Shown here: positions 1 to 11,708 of the stretch, one piece after another
How positions within the stretch are numbered: position 1 is the first letter of the stretch
How the letters are laid out: the number at the start of each line of letters is the position of its first letter
NCBI GenBank assembly: GCA_963514005.1
Contig: OY740783.1
Coordinates: 133,424,001 to 133,488,000, forward strand
DNA: 64,000 nucleotides
Source of the DNA: Raja brachyura
Taxonomy: Eukaryota
Direction: 5' to 3'
Translations under genes and position numbers: made by a program
The notes under the pieces: generated by a model
What the model was told of the DNA's origin: nothing
The model's database searches: none
Seen by the model: the letters and a program-made list of their open reading frames with translations, nothing else

Positions 1-1672
1 GGTTTATTCTTTAAACCCTTTTTAAACAATGGAACAACATGCCCAGTACGCCAATCCTCCGGCACTATTCCCGTTTCTAATGACATTTGAAATACTTCTG
101 TCATAGCCCCTGCTATTTCTATACTAACTTCCCTCAATGTCCTAGGGAATATCCTGTCAGGAGCTGGAGACTTATCCACTTTTATATTTTTCAAAAGTGT
201 CACTACTTCCTCCTCTTTGAATCTCATAGTTTCCATAGCTACTCTACTTTTTTCCCTTACCTCACAGAGTTCAATATCCTTCTCCTTGGTGAATACGGAA
301 GAAAATAAATTGTTCAATGTCTCCCCCATCTCTTTTGGCTCTGCAGATATCTGTCCATTCTGGCTCTCTAATGGTCCAATTTTATCCCTCGTTATCCTTT
401 TGCTATTAATATAGCTGTAGAAACCCTTTGGATTTACTTTCACCTTTCTTGCCAAAGCAACCTCATATCTTCTTTTGGCCTTGCTAATTTCTTTCTTAAT
501 ATTCTTTTTACATTCTTTATACTCCTCTGGCACCTCATTTACCCCATGCTTCCTAAAATAATTGTAGATATCTCTCTTTTTTCGAACCAAGTGTCCAATT
601 TCCCTTGAAAACCATGGCTCTTTCCAATTTTTACTATTTCCTTTCAACCGAACAGGGACATCAAGATTCTGTACTCTTACAATTTCCCCTTTAAATGTCC
701 TCCATTTCTCTTCTACACCCTTCCCATAAAACAAAATGTCCCAATTCACTCTTTTTAAATCCTTACGCATTCCCTCAAAGTTAGCCTTTAGCCAATCAAA
801 AATATCAACCCTAGGTCTAGTTCTGACTCTCCATAATTATATTAAAACTAATGGTATTGTGATCACTGGTTCCGAAGTGCTCACCAACGCATACCTCCGT
901 CACCTGACCTGCCTCATTTCCTAACAGCAGGTCCAGCACTGCCCCTTCTCTGGTCAATAACTCTATGTATTGCTGCAAAAAACTATCCTGCACACATTTT
1001 ACAAACCCCAAACCATGCAGCCCATTTACAGAATGTGTTTTCCAGTCTATTTTTCGAAAATTGAAATCTCCCACAATCACTACCTTGTGCTTACTACTAA
1101 TATCTGCTATCTCCTTACATATTAGCTCTTCCAATTCTTGCCCCACATTTGGCGCTCTATAATACACCCCTAAAAGTGTTGCTACACCGTTGCCAATTCT
1201 CAGTTCCACCCAAATAGCCTCCCTAGACGAACCCTCTAATCTATCCTGCCAAAGCACTGCTGAAATATCTTCGCTGACAAGCAATGCAACACCTTCACCT
1301 CTGGTCCCTCCAATTCTATCACACCTGAAGCAACGAAATCCTGGAATATTTAGTTTCCAATTACAGCCCTCCTGCAACCATGTTTCACTGATTGGCAGAA
1401 CATCATATTTCCAGGTGTCAATCCAGGCTCTAAGTTCATCCACCTTTCTTACAATGCTCCTCGCATTAAAATATACACATTTTAGAAACCCACCATCCCT
1501 TATTCTCTGTTTATTATCGTTCTCCTCTTTCTCGCCTACATTTTGGGTCCGAGTGCTTCCCTTCTCTGCCTCTTGGCCCACACCCTGTCCCCTACCCCCC
1601 TCTACCCGAGTCCCTCCCCCTAGCCATTCTAGTTTAAAGTCTCCCCAGTAGCGTTTGCAAATCTCCCTGCCA
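1..1672 (-). mobile_element. CR1-clade LINE fragment: end of ORF1 plus ORF2 endonuclease domain, running off the window start
   Basis: ORF 817..1581 has APE endonuclease motifs (YFNARS, ISETWL, GVYYRAP, VGDFN, LDLLL, SDHN). The upstream LAGRFANATGETLN* resembles a CR1 ORF1 C-terminus. Confidence 0.92.
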
Positions 1673-1685
1673 GGAGATTTGCAAA

Positions 1686-2900
1686 GGCTCTGTGGCAGGG
1701 AATTCCATAAGTTCCCAACTCTCTGGGTGAAAATTGTTTTTTCTCACCTCAGTCTTAAACGACCTCCCCTTTATTCTAAGACTGTGGCCCCTGGTTATGG
1801 ACTCGCCCAACATTGGGAACATTTTTCCTGCATCTAGCTTGTCCAGTCCTTTTATAATTTTATATGGTTCTATGAGATTCCCCATTATCCATCTAAACTC
1901 CAGTGAATACAAGCCGAGTATTTTCAATGTTTTCTCACATGACAGTCCCGCCATCCCAGGGATCAATCTCGTGAACCTACGTTGCACTGCCTCAATCACA
2001 AGAATGTCCTTCCTCAAATTAGGAGACCAAAATTGTACTCCAGATGTGGTCTCACCAGAGCCCTATACAACTGCAGAATAACCTATTTACTCCTATACTG
2101 AAATTCTCTGAAACATTCCATTAGCTTTCTTCACTGCCTGCTGTACCTGCACACCAACTTTCAGTGAACGGTGTATAAGGACGCGCAGGTTTCGCTGCAC
2201 CTCCCCTTACCTAACCTAACCCCATTGAGATGATAATCTGCCCTCTTGTTTTTGCCGCCAAAGTGGATAACCTCACATGTATCAATATTATGCATCTGCC
2301 ACGCATCTGCCCACTCACTCAACCTGTCCAGGCCACCCTGCAACCTCCTAACATCCTCTTCACAGTTCACACTGCCACCTAGCTTTGTGTATTCCGCAAA
2401 CTTGCTAGTGTTGCTCCTAATTCCCTCTTCCAAATCATTAATGTATATGGCAACCAGTTAGGGCCCAACACCGAGCCTTGCGGCACTCCACTCGCCACTG
2501 CCTGCCATTCTGAAAAGGACCTGTTCACTCCTACTCTTTTCTTCCGGTCTGCCAACCAATTTTCTATCCATGTCAACACCCTACCCCCAATACCATGTGC
2601 TCTTATTGTTGTCACCAGTCTCCCGTGCGGACCTTATCATAGGCTTTCTGAAAGTCTAGATACACTACATCCACTGGCACCCCTTCATCCATTTTACTTG
2701 TCACATCCTCAAACAATTCCAGAAGATTAGTCACGCATGATTTCCCTTTCATAAATCAATGTTGACTTGGACTAATCCTTTTACTGCTATCCAAATGCCC
2801 GATTATTACCCCTTTAATAATAGTCTCCAGCATCTTTCCCACCACCGAAGTCAGGCTCACTGGTCTGTAATTCCCCGTTTTCTCTCCCGCTCCTTTCTTG
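1686..2900 (-). mobile_element. CR1-clade LINE reverse transcriptase, 3' part, degenerate
   Basis: ORFs 2379..2615 (SGVPQGSVLGP), 2161..2433 (SKFAEYTKLGG, a decayed FADD) and 1634..2017 (VQRRFTRLIPGM), broken by frameshifts. Confidence 0.92.
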
Positions 2901-3484
2901 AATTATGCAACACAGCTTTAGCATTTCCAAACCAAATGGAACACAGCTTTAGCATTTCCAAACCATAGCAACATAGCTTCAGCATTTCCAAACCAAAGAC
3001 ATCACAGCTTTAGCATTTCCAAACCAAAGGCAACAGAGCTTTAGCATTTCCAAACCGAAGGCAACAGAGCTTTAGCACTTCCAAACTATATGTTCAAACC
3101 ACATTAAGGGCGCTGACGGGTCAGTAAAACTACGCACAGTTTAGTAGACACGTGTTCAGTGTTATTCACAGCTCAGACTGAGAGACGTGACCCTCTCGCT
3201 CCCCCATCTTGCAGAGACTGACTGAGGCACTCAACACTTCCAGGTTTTATAGTTCCTCCGGAAGGGGCTTGGCCTTCAGGAGAGATAATCTCAACATTTT
3301 TTAAACACTAACAACTCTTTGATTTTTCATCTAAGGGAAACATCCTCTTGTCCTGCGCAGCGGAGGGAGACTCCGGAGGGAGTAAGATGGCCAAAAATCA
3401 CAACCGTCAGTGGCAGCGTTTTTTTCTAAAAGCAATATACAGAACAACAAGAAGTGGTCAAGATCAGACTTTTAGTAATATAGA
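2901..3484 (-). mobile_element. Putative non-autonomous Helitron-like element (5' end plus internal minisatellite)
   Basis: The minus strand starts A|TCTATATTACTAAAAG at 3484, a TC start after a host A, and contains tandem repeats. No 3' hairpin or CTRR end is visible. Confidence 0.45.
2907..3086. repeat. ~30-bp minisatellite, about 6 copies (gcaacacagctttagcatttccaaaccaaa)
   Basis: Tandem units read directly from the sequence. Confidence 0.9.
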
Positions 3485-4099
3485 TTATCTGATCTGACAC
3501 AAAGCTATTCACTGTACCTCGATACACATGACAATACACCTAAACCTTCCACCACTAATGCACCTGGTCTACCCGTCTACCCTCCCCGTACCAGTATCCA
3601 CCTATCACTTGCCAGACTTTGTCCAGCCTCCACCTCTCTTCCAGCTTTCTACCCCCATTATAATCAGACTGAAGAATGGTCCCGACCCAAAATGTCACCT
3701 GTCCATGTTCGCCAGAGAGGCTGCCTGAGCCGCTGAGCCTTTGTTCGTAAAGCCGTCTATGCTGTTCCTCATTTCTGATGTGCAGGAAGGAACAGCAGAT
3801 GCTGGTTTACATCGAAGATGGACACAACATGCTGCAGTAACTCAGTGGCTGAGGCAGCACCCCTGGAGAGAAGGTTGACGTTTAGGGTCGAGTCTCTTTT
3901 TCGGACTGAGTGTCAGCGGAGAGGGAAACTGGAAGAATGGAGAGGACTAAAACAAACCAGGGACTGCACAGGTGGAAACGGTGGAGCCCACAAATAGTCC
4001 ATTGTTTGCTGTGAAATAGATAAAAAATGAAGAGATACGAACAGTTAAACCAGCAGGGTGACTAGGATGGGGGGTGGGGGGGGAGGGCGGGGGGTTGAT

Positions 4100-4400
4100 T
4101 TTCGTAGCGAAACCACATGCAAATTAGAGGAACAGTGCCTCATATTGTGCATGGGCAGCTCACAACGCAGGAGAATGAGTGTTGATTTCTCTAATTTCAA
4201 GTTGCCCTTGCGTTCCCTCTGTCTCTGTCCCTCCCCCACCCTAGTCATCCTGCTGGTTTCACTGTTTGTATCTCACGGTTATCCTCTTCCACAGCTGACA
4301 ATGGAGCATTGCGGTCATCTAGTTTGGCTCTCCGCTGACCCTCGGTCTGGAGAAGGGTCTCGACCCGAAACGTCACCCATTCCTTCTTTCCAGAGATGCT
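4100..4400 (+). mobile_element. Penelope-like element 3' end (end of GIY-YIG region plus pLTR with hammerhead-like motif)
   Basis: CKLEEQCLILCMGSSQRRRMSVDFSNF resembles a PLE ORF C-terminus. It is followed by ggtCTGGAGAagggtctcgacccGAAACGTCacc at ~4343-4377. Confidence 0.65.
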
Positions 4401-4513
4401 GCTTGGTTTATGATGTACAGTCGAGCCCTGGTCTACCTCATGTAAGGTGCAGCGCTGCTCCGCCCCCCCCCCCCCCCCCCCCCACCCCCGACCCTAGGGA
4501 AGGAGCCGGCTAC

Positions 4514-4701
4514 CTTCAGGACGGCGGCGTCAGCTTTGTTAGGTAGGCGAAGGTGACGTTGTGGAACGGGATGTGAGCGCCCAATGTAGCTGGGGCCAGG
4601 GTTCTCTGAAAGACCAGGTCAGGCTGGAGGTCCATGTATTCAAACACCTTCTCCGAGGCACCGACCGCCTTCTTCACTTGAGGATAGAAACGGAGCAGGG
4701 C
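4514..4701 (-). pseudogene. TAP1: TAP1 pseudogene, exon equivalent to human exon 7, with a 1-nt deletion
   Basis: ag|ALLRFYPQVKKAVGASEKVFEYMDLQPDLVFQRTLAPATLGAHIPFHNVTFAY[fs]NKADAAVLK|gtag aligns with human TAP1 ([20 protein letters not shown]...FQDVSFAYPNRPDVLVLQ). Length is 188 nt instead of 189. Confidence 0.9.
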
Positions 4702-5094
4702 CTGCCAATGGGCAGCTCACCTGCCCATTGGCAGGTATGTCAGGTTCTAGTCACGCACACGGCTGGAGGCGCGTAACGGAGCAGAGGCAGCGGGAGCCGG
4801 GGGGTGCGTGACAGGGGGACGGGGTCCAGTTACTGGGTGATCGCCGGGCAGGCGGGTTTCCGGTTGTCAGCTGGTTGTCGGGGGGCGGGTGCCCAGTTGG
4901 CGGGTGGTTGCCAGGGGGACGGAGGTCCAGTTGCCTGGCGGTCGTGCTGGTGTCTGTTGATCTGGATCTGTGCCCACCTGCAGCAAACACCCCTCCCCCA
5001 CCTCCCACGCTCGCCTTGACGGCAGAGGGATAGGTGTCCGGTTGCCGGGGGTTTGGCGGTTGGGGTGGAGTGGGTGACCGAGGATCTGGCTCTG

Positions 5095-5965
5095 GTGGTC
5101 TGGGTCTGGGTCTGGGTCTGGGTCTGGGTCTGGGTCCGGGTCTGGGTCTGGGTCCGGGTCTGGGTCTGGGTCTGGGTCTGGGTGTGGATCTGGGTGTGGA
5201 TCTGGGTCTGGGTGTGGATCTGGGTGTGGATCTGGGTCTGGGTCTGGGTCTGGGTGTGGGTCTGGGTCTGGGTCCGGGTCTGGGTCTGGGTCCGGGTCTG
5301 TGTCTGGGTCTGGGTCTGGGTCTGGGTCTGGGTCTGGGTCTGGGTCTGGTTCTGGATCTGTGTCTGGGTCTGGGTCTAGGTCCGGGTCTGGGTCTGGGTC
5401 TTGGTCCGAGTCTCGGTCTGGCTCTGGTTCTGGGCCTTGCTCTGGTTCTGGGTCTGGACCTGGGTCCGGGTCTGGACCTGGATCTGGGTCAGGGTCTTGG
5501 TCTAGGTCTGTGTCTGTGTCTGTGTCTAGGTCTGTGTCTGTGTCTGGGTCTGGGTCTGTGTCGGGGTCTGGGTCTGTGTCGGGGTCTGGGTCAGGGACTT
5601 GGTCTAGGTCTGTGTCTGTGACTGTGCCTGTGTCTGTGTCTGTGTCTAGGTCTGTGTCTGGGTCTGGGTCTGTGTCGGGGTCTGGGTCAGGGACTTGGTC
5701 TGGGTCCGGGTTTGGGTCTGGGTCTGGGTCCGGGTCTGGGTCTGGGTCTGGGTCTGGGTCTGGGTCTGGGTCCGGGTCTGGGTCTNNNNNNNNNNNNNNN
5801 NNNNNNNNNNNNNNNNNNNNNNNNNNNNNNNNNNNNNNNNNNNNNNNNNNNNNNNNNNNNNNNNNNNNNNNNNNNNNNNNNNNNNNNNNNNNNNNNNNNN
5901 NNNNNNNNNNNNNNNNNNNNNNNNNNNNNNNNNNNNNNNNNGGGTCTGAGTCTGAGTATGGGTCT
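5095..5965. repeat. (TGGGTC)n hexamer array in a TAP1 intron, containing gap 5786-5941
   Basis: Directly visible. It explains the DP/GS/VW/GL-repeat ORFs. Confidence 0.95.
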
Positions 5966-5987
5966 GGGATCTGTGCCGGCCACCAGC

Positions 5988-6116
5988 CTCGACGGCGGAG
6001 GTGAACTGCAGCTGGTAAAGGATGAAGGAGACGAGGAACCCACTGGTGGCGCTGCCCTCGGCCACCAGCAGCCACCCGAAGCACAGCACAGACACTTTCA
6101 GCATCAGCCCCGACAG
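5988..6116 (-). pseudogene. TAP1: TAP1 pseudogene, exon equivalent to human exon 6
   Basis: cag|LSGLMLKVSVLCFGWLLVAEGSATSGFLVSFILYQLQFTSAVE, 129 nt (43 codons). Matches TAP1 ISGMLLKVGIL...FVLYQMQFTQAVE rather than TAP2 or ABCB9. The donor is GC. Confidence 0.92.
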
Positions 6117-6541
6117 CTGTAGGACACAACAGCAGCTCCGTGAAAGGCTGCACCAGGGCACCAGCCCGGCCACCCCAACCCCAGAGAAACACCTCCCACT
6201 GATCCCCTCACTCCTACAGAATCACCTCGCCCATACCGCCAGACCTGCCCTCAACCCCAGAGCCCGACTTCCGCTCACCCACTCACCGTACACCCTTCGC
6301 CCCTCCGCCCCAACCCATCCCCATAGAATCACCCCAAGATGCCGCTCCTCCTGATGCAGACGCACTTCCCCCAGACGCAGATGCACCTTCTGCAGACGCC
6401 CCTCCCGCAGACGACCCTCTCCCACACACAGACGCCCAACCCAAATGCCTCTCCTCCAGACGCAGACGCACTTCCCTCTCCAGCAGACACCCGTCCACCC
6501 GACTGCCCTCCTCCAGATGACGACGCCCCTTCCATGCTCAC

Positions 6542-6996
6542 CAGCCGAGGACAGGACCACGAAGATAGCCACATGGAGGAAGCGTCTGGGATCTGACGGT
6601 GGCGGGCATCTGGCCCGGTGTCTGAGCCCCCTTCTGGGGCAGGAAACGGTGGGCCACCACCAGCCCCAGGGAGGTGATTAGGTAGGTGAGGGGCAGGCGG
6701 GTGACGAGGGTGACCTGCAGGAGCTCGGTGTGGGTGGAGCCCGCGGCCAGTGCCAAGCTGGCGTTGGTGTGAAGCAGCAGGCAGCGGGTGGCCTGTGCCG
6801 GCTATGGCTCAACTTGACGCTGCCCCCCAGACGTACCAGCGGCCGCTGGTGGACGGACAGCGCATCGAGATGCACCACCCCCACAGCCAGAGCTGCAACA
6901 GCGGCCCCACCCCCACAGCCGCAGCGCCCCGCTCAGCACCCAACTGACCGTCACGGCCAACAGGGCCAGTGGCAGTAGCAACACTGGCAACGCCAT
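6542..6996 (-). pseudogene. TAP1: TAP1 pseudogene exon 1 (TMD0 region), frameshifted
   Basis: ATG at 6996 (MALPVLLLPLALLAV...), then TYLITSLGLVVAHRFLP, ending RFLHVAIFVVLSSAG|gtgagc like the human exon 1 end (LFLVLVVLSSLG|). The pieces lie in different frames. Confidence 0.72.
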
Positions 6997-7429
6997 CCTC
7001 CCTACAACACAGGCAGCCCGTCACTGGCAGTGCCCACACTCTACCACCGCACTACCAACCCTCTGCCCACCTCCCACTCCCCCGGCCTGCCATTCCCAAC
7101 GGTTTATGCACAGGACAGGTTTGCAGGGATATGGGCCACGCGTATATTTGAATCGTTTCCTTTGATACAGCTCCAAATAGAATAACAAATAAAGAGCTGG
7201 AGGAGCCAGCGGAGCAGGGAGCATCCCAACCCTCCAACAGATGCCCCTCTATGTTGAACAACATGGAGGAGGCACAGGGAATTGCAGGCGTTGGAATCTT
7301 CAGCAAAACACAAAGTGCTGGAAGAACGCAGCGAATCAGGCGCTGCAATGAGGGAGGGAGTGGACAGATGACGCTCTGGGCAGGGACCCTTCTTGAGACA
7401 TCAGTCTTTCAGGTTTAACATCCATAGAG

Positions 7430-8880
7430 TGCGAGGAGCGGGGGGGGGGGGGGGGGATGGGGATAAGGGAGGAGGGGCAGAGCAGTGGGGGGAGGGCAGG
7501 CAAGGGGAACAGTATGGGGAGGGTGGAGTGGGAAAGGGATTGGTGCAGGTAAGGGGACGGAGCGGGAGAGAGGATGGTGGGGCAAAGCGCGGGTGGGATG
7601 GGCATTGGGGGGGGAGGGAGAGGTAAGGGGAAGAGATAAGGAGGAAGGATGTGACGGGAGGGACGTAGGATAGGGCAGAGTGGGGAGGGAACGAAAGAGG
7701 GGAGGCAGAGGAGGGGATGGGGTAAGGGGCATGGAGGGGGGGTACCCGTTCTCTGGGTCAGATGCAGAGCAGCACCCTCACTTCCGCTGCCGTCCTCTCC
7801 CCACACCTTTAACTCTGTACCCCCAACTCCCTATCCTCTCCCCACCTCATCCCCCCAGCAACTCACTCTCCTCACCACCCTTTAAAACTCTCTCCCTCCC
7901 TCACCATCTACCCCCGCCAACCCTACCAACACCACCCCCTTCGACTACTTCCCCTCACACCCCGTCCAACACTCTCACCCGCCTCACTCCCTCTCCCCCC
8001 AAAACCTCCCAACTCCACCCCTTCCCAACTACCCACCCAACTACTCCCCCTCACACTCGTCCAACAACCTATCCCCGCCTCACCCCCCAAACCCTCCCAG
8101 CACCACCCTTTCCCCCAACTCCCTGCTTCAACTACTTCCCCTTGCACCCATCCAAAATCCACTCCCCGCCTCACTCCCTATCTGCCCAAACCAATCAACA
8201 CCACCCCTTCCCAAACACCCTCCCCACCCGCTCCCATCCCACTCCTCACTCCCCAACCTCCCCCTCCCCCGTCATTCCCCCACAATTCCCACCCCTCTCC
8301 CAACTTCACTCCCTCTTAAACCCCGCCGCCGATACGTTTAACTCCACCGTCTTCCCAGTTGCCTCCCATTCCCCCCTCCCCATGCTCGCCGCCTCCTTTC
8401 CCCGGCCTCCTCTCCCCCCGCCTCTCCTTTTCCTATCCGGGGGGGGGGGGTGCCGGGCGTGGATGGAGGGGAGAGAGGAATGTGGAGGGAGGGGGACAGG
8501 GGAGAGGAGGGTGGAGAGGAGGGTGGGGTTGAGGAGGGAAGGAGGGGGAGATGGGGGACGGGGAATGGTAGGGGTTAAAGGAGGGGCAGAGGTGGGAGGG
8601 AGGGGGAGTGGGAGGAAGGACGGGGGGCGTAGGGGGGGCAGAGGATTGGGGAGAAAGAGGAGGGAGGGGGAAAGAGGTGGGGGCAGGGGAGAGGGGAGGA
8701 GGGGGGGGACAATTGATTGGAGGAGAGAGGGAGAGGTGTGGTGGTGTGGAGTGGTGGTGTGTTATGGAGAGGAGTGAGGGGTGGAGTGTGGTATGGAGTG
8801 GGGAGTGAGGGTTAGGGGTGTGTTATGGAGTGGGGAGTGAGGGGAGGGGGAGAGTCATGGAGGTGAGAGAGGGATGGAGA
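7430..8880. repeat. Low-complexity G-rich / C-rich / G-rich tracts
   Basis: Base composition only. The Pro/Gly-rich ORFs are by-products. Confidence 0.8.
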
Positions 8881-9100
8881 TGCAGGGGATGATTAATGTT
8901 GGAGGAGATATATCGTCCGAGATGTGGGGCAGTGAGACAGGTAAGTCCGGGGTAAGTAGACCAGTATATCATGGGGGTCGGTTCGGCCGTGGGGGAGAGG
9001 TTACAGTAACGCCCGTGACCCGTGACCGGGGGGGTCATGTATGACCAGTTCACTGGAGATCTTTGTGCAAGTGAGCCGCTGTGTGTTAGACACAGGGACC

Positions 9101-9563
9101 TGTCAGGTCTCGCGTTTGATTTAGTTTATGTTTCTTATTGGGGTTTAGTATTTGAGTTTGCATTCTTGTTTTATCTTGGTGTCTCACATCTCCTCTTGTT
9201 TCAGGTCCCATTTCCTGTCAGGTCGTTTACCCCCATGTGATTGTTGGTCCCACCCTGACGTGTTTCACCTGTGTCTCGTTATCCCCTGTCAGTTTGTATT
9301 TAAGCCCTTTGTGTTTTAGTTCTCATTGCAAGTTCGTTGTGTATGCTACTTGGTATCACCTCGTTCCAGCTCTAGAAATATTGTGACCTTGTGATCTCGC
9401 CCATTGCCTGTTTTTCGACCACTGTTTTTGCCTGCTCCAAGATTATACTGCTGCCTCTGTCTTTGCTTACCTGTGTACCGACTTGGACCGATTAAACTCT
9501 GAAAATGGATCTGCCCTGTGTCTGAGCCTGCATTTGTGTCCTCCTCCTCGTTCAGTTCTGACA
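9101..9563 (+). mobile_element. Isolated LTR (463 bp)
   Basis: TGTCAG...CTGACA inverted termini, TATTTAA at ~9297 and ATTAAA at 9491. No target-site duplication. Confidence 0.65.
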
Positions 9564-9719
9564 TGAATATTTGGTTTGCTTCATTTGGAGGTGTTATTTT
9601 AATTCCATTACGTTTTCAACTGCTTGTAACATTTCCAAATGGTCTACTCGGCCCATTGGGTCCATGTCCACACCGAGCATTCGACTCGGCTCCCGTTCGA
9701 TTCCTTTGATACCTACAAC

Positions 9720-10998
9720 AGGCCCACGGACTTTGCCATCGCCCTTGCCTTACACTACTGCCTACAACGCCTGGATAACAGATGCACATAAGCAGACCTA
9801 TTCAAATAATACAGCTCTGCATTTAATACCATGATAGCTTTCCAAACCTATCACCAAACTCCCGGGACTTGGGGGTCAGCACTCATCTCTGCCAATGGAT
9901 CCTCGACTTCCTTACCAAGAGACCCCAATCAGTAAGGATTGGGGACAATACATCCTCCACTATAATCCTCAACATGGGGGTTCCGCAAATAAACCGTTCT
10001 CAGCCCCATCCTTTATTCCTTGTACACCCTTGTAGCCATGTATAAATCTAATTCAATTTTCAAATTTGAATACAGCACCAGCAGTGTGTGCCGGATACCA
10101 TATAATTATGAGATGCAGTACAGTTGGGAGATTAACACCTTCGTGTCCTGGTGCCCAGACAACAAACATTATCTTAATGTCTGCAAGTCAAAGGAAATCG
10201 TGATCAACTTCAGGAACCAAAGCGATGCACAAACTCCAGTTCGCGTTGATGGTGCCGAAGGAAAGATGGTTGAAAAATTAAAATTCCTATGAGTCAATAT
10301 CCCCATCAACTTCTCCCGGACCTCCCACATTGAAGCAATGCCCAAGAAGGCACACCAGCGCCTCTATTTCCTGAGAAGGCTTAGGAAGTTCGGCATGTCT
10401 CTTACAACTCTCACTAACTTCTGCAGATGCGCTTTGGAAAGCATTTATCATGTTGCGTCACAGTTTGGTTTGGAAATAGCTCCATCCGAAACCGCAGGAA
10501 ATTGCAGGGAATTTTGGACGCAGCCCTGACCATCCCACTAACCAACTTCTCTTTTATTGACTCAATTTACACCTCATGTTGCCTCTGCAAGGCTAGCAGC
10601 ATAATCAAGGACGAGTCGCACCCTTGCCACTCCCCTCTCCCCTCTCCCATCAGGCAAAAGGTAGAGAAGTGTAAAAACCCACACAACCAGATTCAGGGAC
10701 AGTTTCTTCACAGTTGTTATCAGGCAACTGAATCATCAACCAAAGAGGAGTACTGAACTACTAGCTACCTTTTTGATGACCCTAGGAGTCTCCTTGACCG
10801 GACTTGGCTGGCTTTGCCTTGCACTAAACGTTATTCCCTTATCATGAATATATACTCTGTAAATGGTTCGATTGTAATCATTCCACCTTTCTGCTGACTG
10901 GTTATCATGCAACGCATGTTTTTCACTGTCCCTCGGTACACGTGACAAAAACTACACTAAACTAAGCTAAACCAAATAAAACTAAACTAAACTAAACT
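9720..10998 (+). mobile_element. Rex1/Babar-like LINE 3' fragment, degenerate
   Basis: WILDFLT.RPQ and KKAHQRLYFLRRLRKFG motifs, with an (ACTAA)n tail. Confidence 0.75.
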
Positions 10999-11708
10999 CG
11001 CATATCAATGCCGGCCACTAGGAATAGCACCCACTTAGTCCCCTGTGTGGCTTGTCCGTCTCACACTGCCTTACGTTGGGATGAAGTGAATCATTTCTGG
11101 ATCCTTCACTCCCGACACAGTGTTCACAGCCTCCAGGTGAATGGAAACAAACCGAGATGACGGATACCCGGGAATGAGATACAGCCTGTATTGGACTGAA
11201 TATGATTAATGTGGGTTAAGTGTGAATGGTTGGTTGATGGCTGGTGATGAAACGGTGTTCAACCATAAATGGCTGGTGATGAAACAGGGTTCAACCAAAA
11301 TGGCTGCCTCCAAACAAATGTTGTACAATAACAGTTCCCGTTGTCCCAAAGGGACGTGGAGCAGATGGGTCACAGTTGGATGGGGAAATAATAAAGCAGA
11401 ACGAACTCTACCCCCAAAGAGTGTCGTTCCATACAACACGTATTCTCTACGAGGCATCTGGTGTGTCAAACAGGACTGTTGCATGTAACACCGTTTGACC
11501 ACATCTGCACATCTGGAAGATTGAAATTGTGCAAAGTCCAAACTTCAACGCCAGCCTCGTTCCTTTATGCTGGACTTATACTTGTGCGTCCATGGTGATT
11601 GTTCTTGAGGGGGATTAAGTTCAGTCAAACCTGTTTGCCTGATCTATGTAGGTAAATCTCACTCCCTAAAACGCTTTTTATTCTTCCCCGTGAAATGATG
11701 AAAGCCTT

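Noticed and set aside
2907-3086. CRISPR-like ~30-bp repeats
   Set aside because: Head-to-tail units without spacers, in a eukaryotic context.
4867-6192. 441-aa DP-repeat ORF and overlapping GS/VW/GL ORFs
   Set aside because: Translations of a stop-free hexamer repeat across a gap. The only real coding signal is the TAP1 exon in another frame.
7000-7800. PSMB9 head-to-head with TAP1, or an ISRE
   Set aside because: No PSMB9-like exon recognised; only a weak aatcgtttcc resemblance.
7680-8777. 365-aa Pro/Gly-rich ORF
   Set aside because: Low-complexity sequence, possibly poor consensus, with no domain.
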